Assembly: GCA_963847705.1 (NCBI GenBank)
Contig: CAWKBC010000029.1
Location: forward strand, 160,001 to 224,000
Source: an uncultured Pseudomonadota bacterium
GTDB taxonomy: Bacteria; Myxococcota_A; Polyangia; Fen-1088
Reading direction: 5' to 3'
DNA: 64,000 bases
Below, one piece after another: positions 32,983 to 41,781 of this stretch (the stretch's first letter is position 1; each line of letters starts with the position of its first letter). Made by a program: the position numbers and the translations under genes. The notes beneath the pieces are model-generated. The model did no database searches, was not told where the DNA came from, and worked only from the letters and a program-made list of their open reading frames with translations.

Positions 32983-34504
32983 CCGCGCCCGTTCGATCGA
33001 CCGCGGGCAGCCCCAGCGCCGGGCGCGCCCACACCTCATAGGCGTCGTCCCGGTAGACGCGCCCGAGGCCCGACCCGCCCGGCAGCGCCCCGGCCAGCGG
33101 CTCGTTCCGCGCGACCAGCGCCGCGTCGGGTGCGTAGCGCGCCAGGATCCCGTCCCAGCCTGGGCGCGCGCGGTGGATCGTCTGGTCCTCCTCCAGCACC
33201 TCGGGCGCGTAGGCGACCTCGTACCGGCCGTCGAAGCTGACGCGCGCCGCCGGGTGGAGCTTCCAGATCACGAACCCGCCGTTCACGAACGACGTCACCA
33301 GCTTGCCGTGGAAGCCCGCCTCGGCGAGGTAGGCCACGGCGCCCGCGGGATAGACGACCGCTCCCGAGGCAAGGTCGCTCCCCTGGGCCGGGATTCGCAG
33401 GCGAAACGGATGCAGCGGCAGCGCCACGGCGAGGAGCGCCAGGCCGACCGCCGCGCAGACGACGATCAGCGTGTCGGCCACGCGCCGGCGGGCGACCGCC
33501 GACGCGAGCAGCTCGCCGAGCGGCGTGGCGGCCAGATAGCCGGGGACCGCGCAGAACCAGGCGAGGGCAAACAGGGCCACGTGCCGCTCGTGCCGCCAGG
33601 CCGCCCAGGCGGCGACCACCACGAACGCCAGGCCCGGCAATCGCCGGGGCCCGCGGCGCACGACGGCATAGACGACGAACAGAACCGCCAGACCGAACGC
33701 TGAGAGGCCGATGACGTAGGGGCTCCGGACGAGGGGCGCCCACTCGCCGATCCGATCGCGTGGGAAGGTGATGCTGCGCCACCAGCCGACGTAGTAGGCC
33801 CGCCCGTAGGGGGTGAGCGCCATCAGCCCGGGCGTCGCCGCGACGGCGGCGACGAGGTGCCAGGCCGGACGGCGGCGCAGCAGCTGCTCGAGCGCGTGGA
33901 GCGCCACCGCCGCCACGCCGACCACCCATCCGCCGTGCAGGTTGATCCAGAGCGCGACGACCGGCAGGGTGATCAGCAGGAATCGGCGCGGCCGCGGGTC
34001 GTCGCGATCGCGATCGATCTCCGCCAGCAGCACGGCCAGGAACAGCATCGTGTAGAGGCCCGCCCGGATGGTGGTGAACGCCACTTGCCCCAGCAGGATG
34101 GCGATGGGCGCGCAGAACGCGACGACCACGGCGGGGGCCCGGCGCCGGGCCGCGGCCGTCGCGACCCAGGCCACCGCGGCCGAGACCAGCCACCGAAACA
34201 GCATGATCCCGGGCGCGCCGAGCGTGGTCGCGATCCCGAAGAGGAGCGCCCCGGCGCCCCACTCGTGCTGCACCGCCGGCACGATGGTGTGGGTGAAGGC
34301 GAAAGTGTCGTGCAGCGGCAGCGTTCCCGTTCGCAGCCATTCGCGGAAGAGCGCCATCTGATGAAACCCGTCGGGATCGAAACCGGTCTGCTGGCTGAGA
34401 CGCTCCATGAACAGCGCGCCCAGCCCGAACGCCAGGGCCGCCGACAGCGCGCGCCGGCGCCGGACGGCGCCGGGCTCCGGGGAGGCCGGCGCGGCGCCGT
34501 TCAA
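32960..34504 (-). CDS. Polytopic membrane protein, possible GT-C glycosyltransferase
   Basis: DPDGFHQ..., HEWG, W.NLHGG, I.EW, DGRYE, many TM segments. TTG start overlaps the sulfatase stop. Confidence 0.65.
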   Translation of the reverse strand: MNGAAPASPEPGAVRRRRALSAALAFGLGALFMERLSQQTGFDPDGFHQMALFREWLRTGTLPLHDTFAFTHTIVPAVQHEWGAGALLFGIATTLGAPGIMLFRWLVSAAVAWVATAAARRRAPAVVVAFCAPIAILLGQVAFTTIRAGLYTMLFLAVLLAEIDRDRDDPRPRRFLLITLPVVALWINLHGGWVVGVAAVALHALEQLLRRRPAWHLVAAVAATPGLMALTPYGRAYYVGWWRSITFPRDRIGEWAPLVRSPYVIGLSAFGLAVLFVVYAVVRRGPRRLPGLAFVVVAAWAAWRHERHVALFALAWFCAVPGYLAATPLGELLASAVARRRVADTLIVVCAAVGLALLAVALPLHPFRLRIPAQGSDLASGAVVYPAGAVAYLAEAGFHGKLVTSFVNGGFVIWKLHPAARVSFDGRYEVAYAPEVLEEDQTIHRARPGWDGILARYAPDAALVARNEPLAGALPGGSGLGRVYRDDAYEVWARPALGLPAVDRTGAVIPSPFP

Positions 34505-37287
34505 GGGCGGGCCTTCAAGCTCTCGGCCGCGGCACGCGACGCCGCGACCACCATCGGCTCGGTGTCGTGGCGGGCGGCCTCGGTGAGGACAGCGATGAGG
34601 TGGCGCCGGGCGACGCCGTCGCTTCTGCGGTTGCCGTTCCCGTCGCCGTGGCCGTTGCCGATCTGGGCCAACGCCGTGGCCGCCGCCGCCCGGACCGGCA
34701 CGTAGGCGTCGTGCTGCAGGCACTCGACGAGCGCCGGGACGGCGCCCGGATCGCCGAGCGCGCCGAGGGCTTCGACCATCTCGCGCCGGTTCTGCACCTC
34801 CGGAAGGTGCGCGAGCAGGACGGGGACGGCGCGCCGATCGCCGAGCTTTCCCAGCGTCACGATGATGAGTCGGCAAAGGAGGATGTCGTCGTGGCGCTCG
34901 AGGGCCTGAGCGAGGACGGGGATTCCACCGCCGTCGCCCGCGGTCGCCAGGGCCAGCGCCGCCCGCGTGCGAAGCTCGACGGCCGTCTTCGGGTCGCCGA
35001 CGAGGGCCGTCACCCGCGCGCGGTGGGTCGCGTCTCCCAGGCGGACCGACCCGACCGCGGCCCAGTCGGCGAGCACGCCGTCGGGATCCGCCGCCGCGCG
35101 CACGAGCGCCGCCGCCGTCGCCGGCTGCGGTGGGAGACCGACCAGAAGCTCGGCCGCCTCTCGCCTCTCCGCGACGGGGGCGGCGCCGTTGAGCAGCGCC
35201 GCCAGCTCGGGCGCGGCGGAGAGATCCCCGAGGCGCCCGCGCTCGATGGCCCTGGGCGCCCTCCGGTCGGGGGCGCCCCCGCCCGCCGCCCCGCTCCCGG
35301 CCGAGGTCTCGGGCGGTGCGGGCTCGAGCACCAGGTGGGCGTCCAGCCAGCCGTCGAGCAGGCCGTGCAGGTACGCGACCCGCTCGGGTCGCTCCTCGGC
35401 GAGGTTGTGGCGCTCGTGCGGATCGCTCGTCAGGTCGTAGTAGGCGCAGAAGCCGAGGCGCATCTCGCAGATCAGCTTCTCGCCCGCGACCGACACCATG
35501 CGCTTGTCCTCGAGCTCGGCGAAGGCCGGCGGCAGGCGCGCGGCCGGCGCCGGCGGCGTCGCCAGCCAGGGACCGAGGTCGGTCCCCCGCATCCGCACCG
35601 GAACCGAGATGTCGAGCAGGTTGAGCACCGTTGGCGTCACGTCGAACAGCTCCACCTGCCCGTCGACCACGTGCGGCGGCACGCCGGGGATCGAGATAAT
35701 GAGGGGAATCCGGAGCTGCTCTTCGTAGAGCGACGAGCCGTGGTAGCGCCCGCCGTGCTCGTCGAACTCCTCGCCGTGGTCGGCCGCCACGATCACGATC
35801 GTTCCCGGCCGCCGCGCCCGCACCTCCTTCACCAGCCGCCCGACGGCGGCGTCGGTGTAGGCGATCTCGCTGTCGTAGCGGTCGATGTCGCCCGACCCGA
35901 AGGGGAACCCTTCGTGCGCCACGTAGGGCTCGTGCGGCTCGAAGAAGTGGACCCAGACGAACGAGCGCTTCGGTTGGACCGTGTCGTAATAGGCGAGCAG
36001 CTGATCGACGCGGCGCTGGGCGTCGATGAACTCGAACTTGACGTACTCGAAGTCGAAGTTCGTCTCGGCGAAGGTCTTCAGCTTGTTCGACTCGATGTAG
36101 AAGACGGCCGGCGGATAGAAGGCCGCCGTCTTCCAGCCATAGTTGCGCAGCACCGCCGCGAGCGTGTCGTGCCGCTCCCCTGGCGCCAGGCGCGCCATCG
36201 TCGGGAAGTACTTCGAGGTCAGCAGCGAGGAGACGGAGAACGAGGTGTGCGGCGCCTGGGAATAGACGCGAGAAAAGCGGGTCCCTTCGGCGGCGAGCTG
36301 GTCGAGGTGGGGCGTCGTGTTGCGGGCGTACCCGTAGGCGCCGACGTGATCGTAGCGGAGCGCGTCGATGGTGATGAGCAGGACGTCCGCCTGCGGGCGG
36401 CGCGGCCCGGCCGGGAGCGGTGCAAGACTGGACGGATCGGCACCGTCTGCATGGGTCCCGCCCCCGGCGACGGGGTGCGCGCCGCGCGTGGCCGGCAACG
36501 CCCGCAGCGCCAGCCCGGCGAGCGCCGTCCGTTCGTAAGCGGCGTAGCGCAGCCCCTGGCTGCGGCCAAGGCCGAAGATCGAGGCAACGCAGGCGAGCGC
36601 TGTCGCCGCGGCGAGGAGCCCGACCCCGGCGAGGCGTCCGCCCCGCGCGAGCAACCGGATCGCCAGCACCAAGGCGAGCAGCGTCGCCGCCGCCAGGGTG
36701 AGGTGGAACCACGGGTAGAGCCGCGGCAACACCACCCGGTTGGCGATCTGGCAGCCGGCGCCGGCGGCGAACAGCGCCAGCGAGGCCGGCGCCCCCGCCA
36801 TCCAGGGGCGCGTCGTCGCGGCCTGCGCGCGCCCGAGCAGCCCGCGGTAGACCCGCGCGCCCCACCCGACGGCGCAAAGCGCGCCGAGCGCGAGGGCTGC
36901 CGAGATCAGGCCGTGGGCCGGCACCGAGGCGGCGTGATGGCCGGAGAAGAGGGCCAGGGCGTCGTAGACGACGAGCGGCGCGGCGCCCACCGCGGCGAGC
37001 GCGGCGGCGGTCCGCGCGGGCGCGCCGGTACGCCGGGCGATCCAACCGCCGGCGGCGATGAGCGCCCCGGCAACGGCGCCAGCCACCGCGAGCAGACTGG
37101 AGGCCAGCACGATCAGGCGTACGGCCTTGTCGGCCGAGAGCCCGCCGATCTTGCCGGCGATCGCCAGGGCGGCGTCGAGAGCACCCGCGAGGGCGCCGCC
37201 GACGAGCCCGCTCTTCACCCAGGCGCAGGTGAGGCTGGATGCCGCAACGGTCGCCTTGGTCCGGTCGGGCGGCGCTGGCGTGCTCAT
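34501..37287 (-). CDS. Membrane-anchored sulfatase/alkaline-phosphatase-superfamily protein with C-terminal HEAT repeats
   Basis: N-terminal TMs, LITIDALRYDH, WVHFFEPH.PY, ADHGE, HG..LYEE, HEAT-like LG.LGD repeats. Confidence 0.85.
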   Translation of the reverse strand: MSTPAPPDRTKATVAASSLTCAWVKSGLVGGALAGALDAALAIAGKIGGLSADKAVRLIVLASSLLAVAGAVAGALIAAGGWIARRTGAPARTAAALAAVGAAPLVVYDALALFSGHHAASVPAHGLISAALALGALCAVGWGARVYRGLLGRAQAATTRPWMAGAPASLALFAAGAGCQIANRVVLPRLYPWFHLTLAAATLLALVLAIRLLARGGRLAGVGLLAAATALACVASIFGLGRSQGLRYAAYERTALAGLALRALPATRGAHPVAGGGTHADGADPSSLAPLPAGPRRPQADVLLITIDALRYDHVGAYGYARNTTPHLDQLAAEGTRFSRVYSQAPHTSFSVSSLLTSKYFPTMARLAPGERHDTLAAVLRNYGWKTAAFYPPAVFYIESNKLKTFAETNFDFEYVKFEFIDAQRRVDQLLAYYDTVQPKRSFVWVHFFEPHEPYVAHEGFPFGSGDIDRYDSEIAYTDAAVGRLVKEVRARRPGTIVIVAADHGEEFDEHGGRYHGSSLYEEQLRIPLIISIPGVPPHVVDGQVELFDVTPTVLNLLDISVPVRMRGTDLGPWLATPPAPAARLPPAFAELEDKRMVSVAGEKLICEMRLGFCAYYDLTSDPHERHNLAEERPERVAYLHGLLDGWLDAHLVLEPAPPETSAGSGAAGGGAPDRRAPRAIERGRLGDLSAAPELAALLNGAAPVAERREAAELLVGLPPQPATAAALVRAAADPDGVLADWAAVGSVRLGDATHRARVTALVGDPKTAVELRTRAALALATAGDGGGIPVLAQALERHDDILLCRLIIVTLGKLGDRRAVPVLLAHLPEVQNRREMVEALGALGDPGAVPALVECLQHDAYVPVRAAAATALAQIGNGHGDGNGNRRSDGVARRHLIAVLTEAARHDTEPMVVAASRAAAESLKARP

Positions 37288-39566
37288 CCCGCCTCGCCGG
37301 CGAACAGCATCGCCGTTCGCGCCCGCGCCGCCTCGGCCAGGGGCGCGTGGGCGGGATCGACCAGCAGCGGATCGGTCGCCAGCAGCGCCTCCGCCTCGCG
37401 ACGGCCGAGCGCGGTCAGCTCGGCGAACTCCGCCAGACCGGCCGCGCCCAGCGCACCGTCCCCCTCCCCTTCGCCGGCCTGCGCGGTCCCCCACAGATCG
37501 CCGAAACCCCGCGCGGCCAGATCGGCCTCGGCCAGCCGGAACCCGTCGTCCAGCGACGCGCAGAGCGCCAGGCGCGCCCGCCCCGGCGCGTCCTGGGGCA
37601 GCCCCTCGGAGGCGAACAGGAAGCAGATCCCCGCGCGCGCGCCGCGCCCCACCCGCCCGCGCAGCTGGTGCAGCTGCGCCAGACCCAGGCGGTCGGCCTC
37701 CTCGACGATCATCACGGTCGCGTTCGGGACGTCGAGCCCCAGCTCGACCACGGTGGTCGCCACCAACACGTCGGTCCGTCCCTCGGCGAAGGCCCGCAGC
37801 GCCTTCTCCTTCGTCGTGGGAGCGAGCGCCCCGTGCAGGAGGTCCACGCGGGCTGGCGCCAGGGCCCGGCGAAGGCGCGCGTGCTGGGCCACCGCGGTCA
37901 CCGCGCCGGGACGCCGCGCCTCCTGCCGCACCGGACAGACGACGAAGGCCTGACTCCCCTCCCCGAGCGCGTCGCGAAGCCGCGCGTAGGCGGCCTGGCG
38001 TTCCTGGTCGGTGCCACAAACGATCGCCGTCGGCGGCGGCCGGCCACCCGGACGCTCGGTCAGGAACGAAGCGTCGAGATCGCCGTGCAGCGCCAGGGCC
38101 AGGCTGCGCGGAATCGGCGTCGCCGACATCGAGAGCAGGTGCGGTGACCCGCGCGAGAGTCCGAGCGCACCGCGCTGAGCGACGCCGAAGCGGTGCTGCT
38201 CGTCGACGATCACCAGACCGAGCCGCGGCAGCTCTGCCGCGACGCCGAGCAAGGCCTGCGTCCCGATCAGAAGCTGGACGCCTCCCCGCGCCCAGTCCTC
38301 GAGGAGGGCGGCGCGCGCGGCGGCCGGGGTCGCGCCGGTCAGCGCGGCGATCCCGAGCCCGAGGCGGGCGCCCAGCGGCCCGAGCGCGCGCAGCTGCTGC
38401 TCGGCCAGGACCTCGGTCGGCACCATCATCAGGGTCCCCGCACCGGTCGCTGCGACGAGCGCCGCTGCCCCGAACGCCACCGCGGTCTTCCCGGAGCCGA
38501 CGTCACCGACCAGCAGCCGCCGCATCGGGCGCGCCGCCGCCAGATCGGCCGCGATCTCGTCGAGGGCCCGCGCCTGGGTCGCCGTCAGCGCGAACCCCAG
38601 CGCCGCCTCGACCCGCACCCTCATGGCGGCGGCCAGGGCCGGCGGAACGGCGAACGCGCACGGGGCCGCGGCCGCCCGCCGCAGGAGAAACGCGAGCTGT
38701 GCCACCAAGGCGCCCTCGAAGGCCAGCCGGCGTCGCGCCGGCACCAGCTCCTCCAGCCGGGCTGCGTCCTCGTCGGCCGGGGCGTGGACCCGGATGAGCG
38801 CCTCCGCCAGCGTCGGAAGCGCGAGCCGCCGGCGGGTCGCCGCCGGCACCAGCTCGAAGCGGTCGTGCCCCTCGGCGTTGCCTCCGGGCCGGTCTTGGTT
38901 GGCCGCGCCGAGGCGGGCCAGCGCCCCGCCCCGCATCCGCTCGAGCACCCGCCCCTTGACCCCCTGCACGATGCCGTAGCGAGGCCGCAGGCCCAGCCCT
39001 CCGTCGCCGCGCGCCGCCAGCGCCGCCGTGACGACCGATGGCTGCACGAGCTCGCGGGTCCCGTCGGTGGCCGTCCGCAGCGCGCCCGCCAGCGCGACCT
39101 CGCTGCCCTTGGGAAAGGACTTGGCCATCGCCGACGGGACGCGGAACCAGCGCGCGCGCAGGACCCCGTCCCCGTCCTCCAGGAAGACGTCGAGGAGCCG
39201 GCGGGGAAAGACGTGCAGCCGGCGGACCCTCCCGCGCACCAGCACCACCGTCCCGTCGGCCACCTCGGGCAGCGAGGCGATGGACGTCGCCCGCCGCAGA
39301 TCGTCGTACGCCCGCGGCAGTCGCATCAAGAGATCGCGCACCGTTCGAACACCCAGCTCCCCCAGCCGAGCCGCGGTCACCGGTCCCGCGCCGGGCAAGG
39401 TCGAGATCGGAAGGTCCAGCTCCGAGCTCGGAGGCCGGCTTTGCCCGCCGGAGACAGCGTCCGTCGAGGAGATCCGGGATCGGCTCTCGTCGGAGATGGG
39501 AACCGTCGAAAGGTTCCCATGCCCTCCCGCGAAGGACTTCGCCGGGCGCAGCCCTGCTTCGTCCAC
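37284..39566 (-). CDS. recG: ATP-dependent DNA helicase RecG
   Basis: GDVGSGKT, PTEVLAEQ, DEQHRFG, MSATPIPRSL, QLHQLRGRVGRG, DGFRLAEADL. Start uncertain. Confidence 0.93.
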   Translation of the reverse strand: MDEAGLRPAKSFAGGHGNLSTVPISDESRSRISSTDAVSGGQSRPPSSELDLPISTLPGAGPVTAARLGELGVRTVRDLLMRLPRAYDDLRRATSIASLPEVADGTVVLVRGRVRRLHVFPRRLLDVFLEDGDGVLRARWFRVPSAMAKSFPKGSEVALAGALRTATDGTRELVQPSVVTAALAARGDGGLGLRPRYGIVQGVKGRVLERMRGGALARLGAANQDRPGGNAEGHDRFELVPAATRRRLALPTLAEALIRVHAPADEDAARLEELVPARRRLAFEGALVAQLAFLLRRAAAAPCAFAVPPALAAAMRVRVEAALGFALTATQARALDEIAADLAAARPMRRLLVGDVGSGKTAVAFGAAALVAATGAGTLMMVPTEVLAEQQLRALGPLGARLGLGIAALTGATPAAARAALLEDWARGGVQLLIGTQALLGVAAELPRLGLVIVDEQHRFGVAQRGALGLSRGSPHLLSMSATPIPRSLALALHGDLDASFLTERPGGRPPPTAIVCGTDQERQAAYARLRDALGEGSQAFVVCPVRQEARRPGAVTAVAQHARLRRALAPARVDLLHGALAPTTKEKALRAFAEGRTDVLVATTVVELGLDVPNATVMIVEEADRLGLAQLHQLRGRVGRGARAGICFLFASEGLPQDAPGRARLALCASLDDGFRLAEADLAARGFGDLWGTAQAGEGEGDGALGAAGLAEFAELTALGRREAEALLATDPLLVDPAHAPLAEAARARTAMLFAGEAG

Positions 39567-39570
39567 ACGG
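39496..39570. repeat. Dispersed hairpin repeat, copy 3 (divergent)
   Basis: atgggaacc..ggttcccat, then ggacttcgcc...gcttcgtccacacg. Confidence 0.55.
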
Positions 39571-39615
39571 CGAGGGGTGGGCTCGTGGGAGGGGCGCAGC
39601 CCCACCGGCGCCTTC

Positions 39616-40353
39616 TTACCGCTTGAAGGTGAAGCGGAGCTCGTAGTCACAGAGGTGGAAGATGTCCCCCTCTTCGATGCGCTTGTTGTCGATGCGCATC
39701 CCCTTGAAGTCGATCCCGTTGGTCGATCCGAGGTCCTTGATGAAGTACGTCCCATTCCGTCGGATGACCGCCGCATGTTTGCGCGAGATGTTGCCGTCCT
39801 TGATCGGCAGGTCGGACGACTTGGTGCCGCGCCCAATGATGAACTGCTCCTTGTCGATCCGGTATTTTTGATTGTCGAACACGAGATAGACGGGGATCTG
39901 TGGCTGGACGGCGGGGGTCCCATCGAAACCGGCCGCGTGTCCCAGTCCCGCCCCTGCCCCCATCATCTGCGCCGCGCCGTGCGGATGGGGCGGCGGCGTC
40001 GCCGGCGCATCGAACATGGAGACGCCGCCCGGCTGCGGCATGCGCTGGGCGAACCGCGAGCGCCCGGCCGGAGGCGCCGGCGGAGGCGGCGGCAACGGTG
40101 GCGGCGGCGCGGCGGCCGCCGGCGCCGGGCGCTGGCGGTGCTGGGCGCTGGAGGGGGGCGGGGTCAGCTGGCTCTCGGACTCGAGCGCGTTGATGCCGGT
40201 CTGATAGCCGGAGAGCTGCGCGTAGGCCTCCATCGCATCGGCGATCATGTCGTCGACCTCTTTCTCCTGGTCCTCGGCCATGCGCCGAAAGGTGACCCAG
40301 AGCGTGTCGTTGCACTGAAACTGCCGCAGGCTCTTGCGTCCGGGGAGCGCCAT
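39616..40353 (-). CDS. FHA-domain protein with a short N-terminal helical (RHH-like) domain and Pro-rich linker
   Basis: IIGRG, ISRKHA, DLGSTNG. Confidence 0.88.
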   Translation of the reverse strand: MALPGRKSLRQFQCNDTLWVTFRRMAEDQEKEVDDMIADAMEAYAQLSGYQTGINALESESQLTPPPSSAQHRQRPAPAAAAPPPPLPPPPPAPPAGRSRFAQRMPQPGGVSMFDAPATPPPHPHGAAQMMGAGAGLGHAAGFDGTPAVQPQIPVYLVFDNQKYRIDKEQFIIGRGTKSSDLPIKDGNISRKHAAVIRRNGTYFIKDLGSTNGIDFKGMRIDNKRIEEGDIFHLCDYELRFTFKR

Positions 40354-41678
40354 CAGGATCTCTTCTTCACCATGTCGGCCGCCTGCGCGGCCTCCTTGCC
40401 GACGGTATCACCGGCGGGGAAACCCTTCACCGGCGAGCTGTCCGTCGCCAGCTTCTCCAACGCCGGCGCGTCGGGGGCGCGTCCGATCTGCGCGAGCGCC
40501 ATGACCGAGGTCATCCGCGCCAGCGGCATCCGCGAGCCGAGCCCCTGCACCAGCGCCGGGCGGGCCGGCTGGCCGATCTTCTCGATCAACTTGACCAGCA
40601 GATCGTCGACGTCGACCTTCTTGTAGCTGGCGCTGGCGGGGAACGCCTCCAGCCCCGGAACGATCCCGTTGGCTTTTTGCGCCGCCAGCTCCGACTCGAA
40701 CGCGCGGTAACGCACGATCTCCTCTTTGTCCGACGAGATGATGCCGAGCAACCCCTTCTCGGCCTCCAGCCCCCCGATCCCTTCGATCACGCCGAACATC
40801 TCGTCGCGGACCGCCTTGTCGGCCCTGGGATCGGCGGCGACCTTCAGCGCGAACGGCAGGATCGCCGGGTCGCGCCGCTCTCCCAGCGCCCGCGTCGCCA
40901 GGAGCGCCCCCTCCGGCTTGCCGCCGGTCACTTCACCCTCGAGGTACTTCACGGCGACCGGACCGCCCAGCGTGCCGAGCGCCTTGTAGAGGAGCTCCGG
41001 GTGATCCTTGTCCTTGGCCTTGATCTGCGGCGCGCGGCCGATGAGGCCTCCGGCGCCGCGGTCGCGGGCCGTCTCGTCGCCCACCTTGGCCAGGAGGTCG
41101 GCGGCCTGCCCGTAGGGTTGATCGGGCGCGGCCAGCACCTCGATCAACATCGAGGACGAGTCGGGACCGATGGCGGTCAACATCTTTTCGAGCGAGTGCT
41201 CCCCTTGCCGCACCTTGCCCGCCTCGAGCTGCGCCTCCAGGACCGGCAGGATCGCCGCGTCGATCCGCTTCTGATCCTCGGGCAGCGCCACCAGGCGCAG
41301 CGAGAACAGCGCGTCCCGGTAGGCGAGCGCCTTCTCGGGCGCCGGATCCTTCATCGCCACCTCGTACGCCGGCTCCAGCGTCTTGGTGATCTCCGCGCGA
41401 TCGTCGGCGGAGGCGCCGCTCAGGATCGTGTCGACCTCGTTGGAGCGCCCGAGATCGACCAGGGCGACCGCCGCCTCGGCGCGCAGCTTCGGCGCCACCG
41501 AGTGATCGGCGAGCGCGTCGTGCAGCCGCTCCGGTCCCTTCTCGGTCGTCTTCCAGAGCGCGATGTTCTCCGACGACACGCGGCTCGAACAGCCGAGCAC
41601 GAGGACCGCGAGCGCCCACAGCGATTGGCAAGTGCGCGGGAGCGATCCGCGACCCTGCCGCGTCGGCGTACGGGCCAT
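40353..41678 (-). CDS. HEAT-repeat lipoprotein
   Basis: Lipobox VLGC; helical repeats (RAEAAVAL, ALG.LGG, ALAQIG). Confidence 0.75.
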   Translation of the reverse strand: MARTPTRQGRGSLPRTCQSLWALAVLVLGCSSRVSSENIALWKTTEKGPERLHDALADHSVAPKLRAEAAVALVDLGRSNEVDTILSGASADDRAEITKTLEPAYEVAMKDPAPEKALAYRDALFSLRLVALPEDQKRIDAAILPVLEAQLEAGKVRQGEHSLEKMLTAIGPDSSSMLIEVLAAPDQPYGQAADLLAKVGDETARDRGAGGLIGRAPQIKAKDKDHPELLYKALGTLGGPVAVKYLEGEVTGGKPEGALLATRALGERRDPAILPFALKVAADPRADKAVRDEMFGVIEGIGGLEAEKGLLGIISSDKEEIVRYRAFESELAAQKANGIVPGLEAFPASASYKKVDVDDLLVKLIEKIGQPARPALVQGLGSRMPLARMTSVMALAQIGRAPDAPALEKLATDSSPVKGFPAGDTVGKEAAQAADMVKKRS

Positions 41679-41781
41679 AGAGCGGATGTAACTACGGCCG
41701 GTTGTGACCGTCAAGGCATTGCCGGACGGTATCGTCGGGCATTGCCGCATCTGGGGCCTTCGGATAACGTCGCGTCACCTC

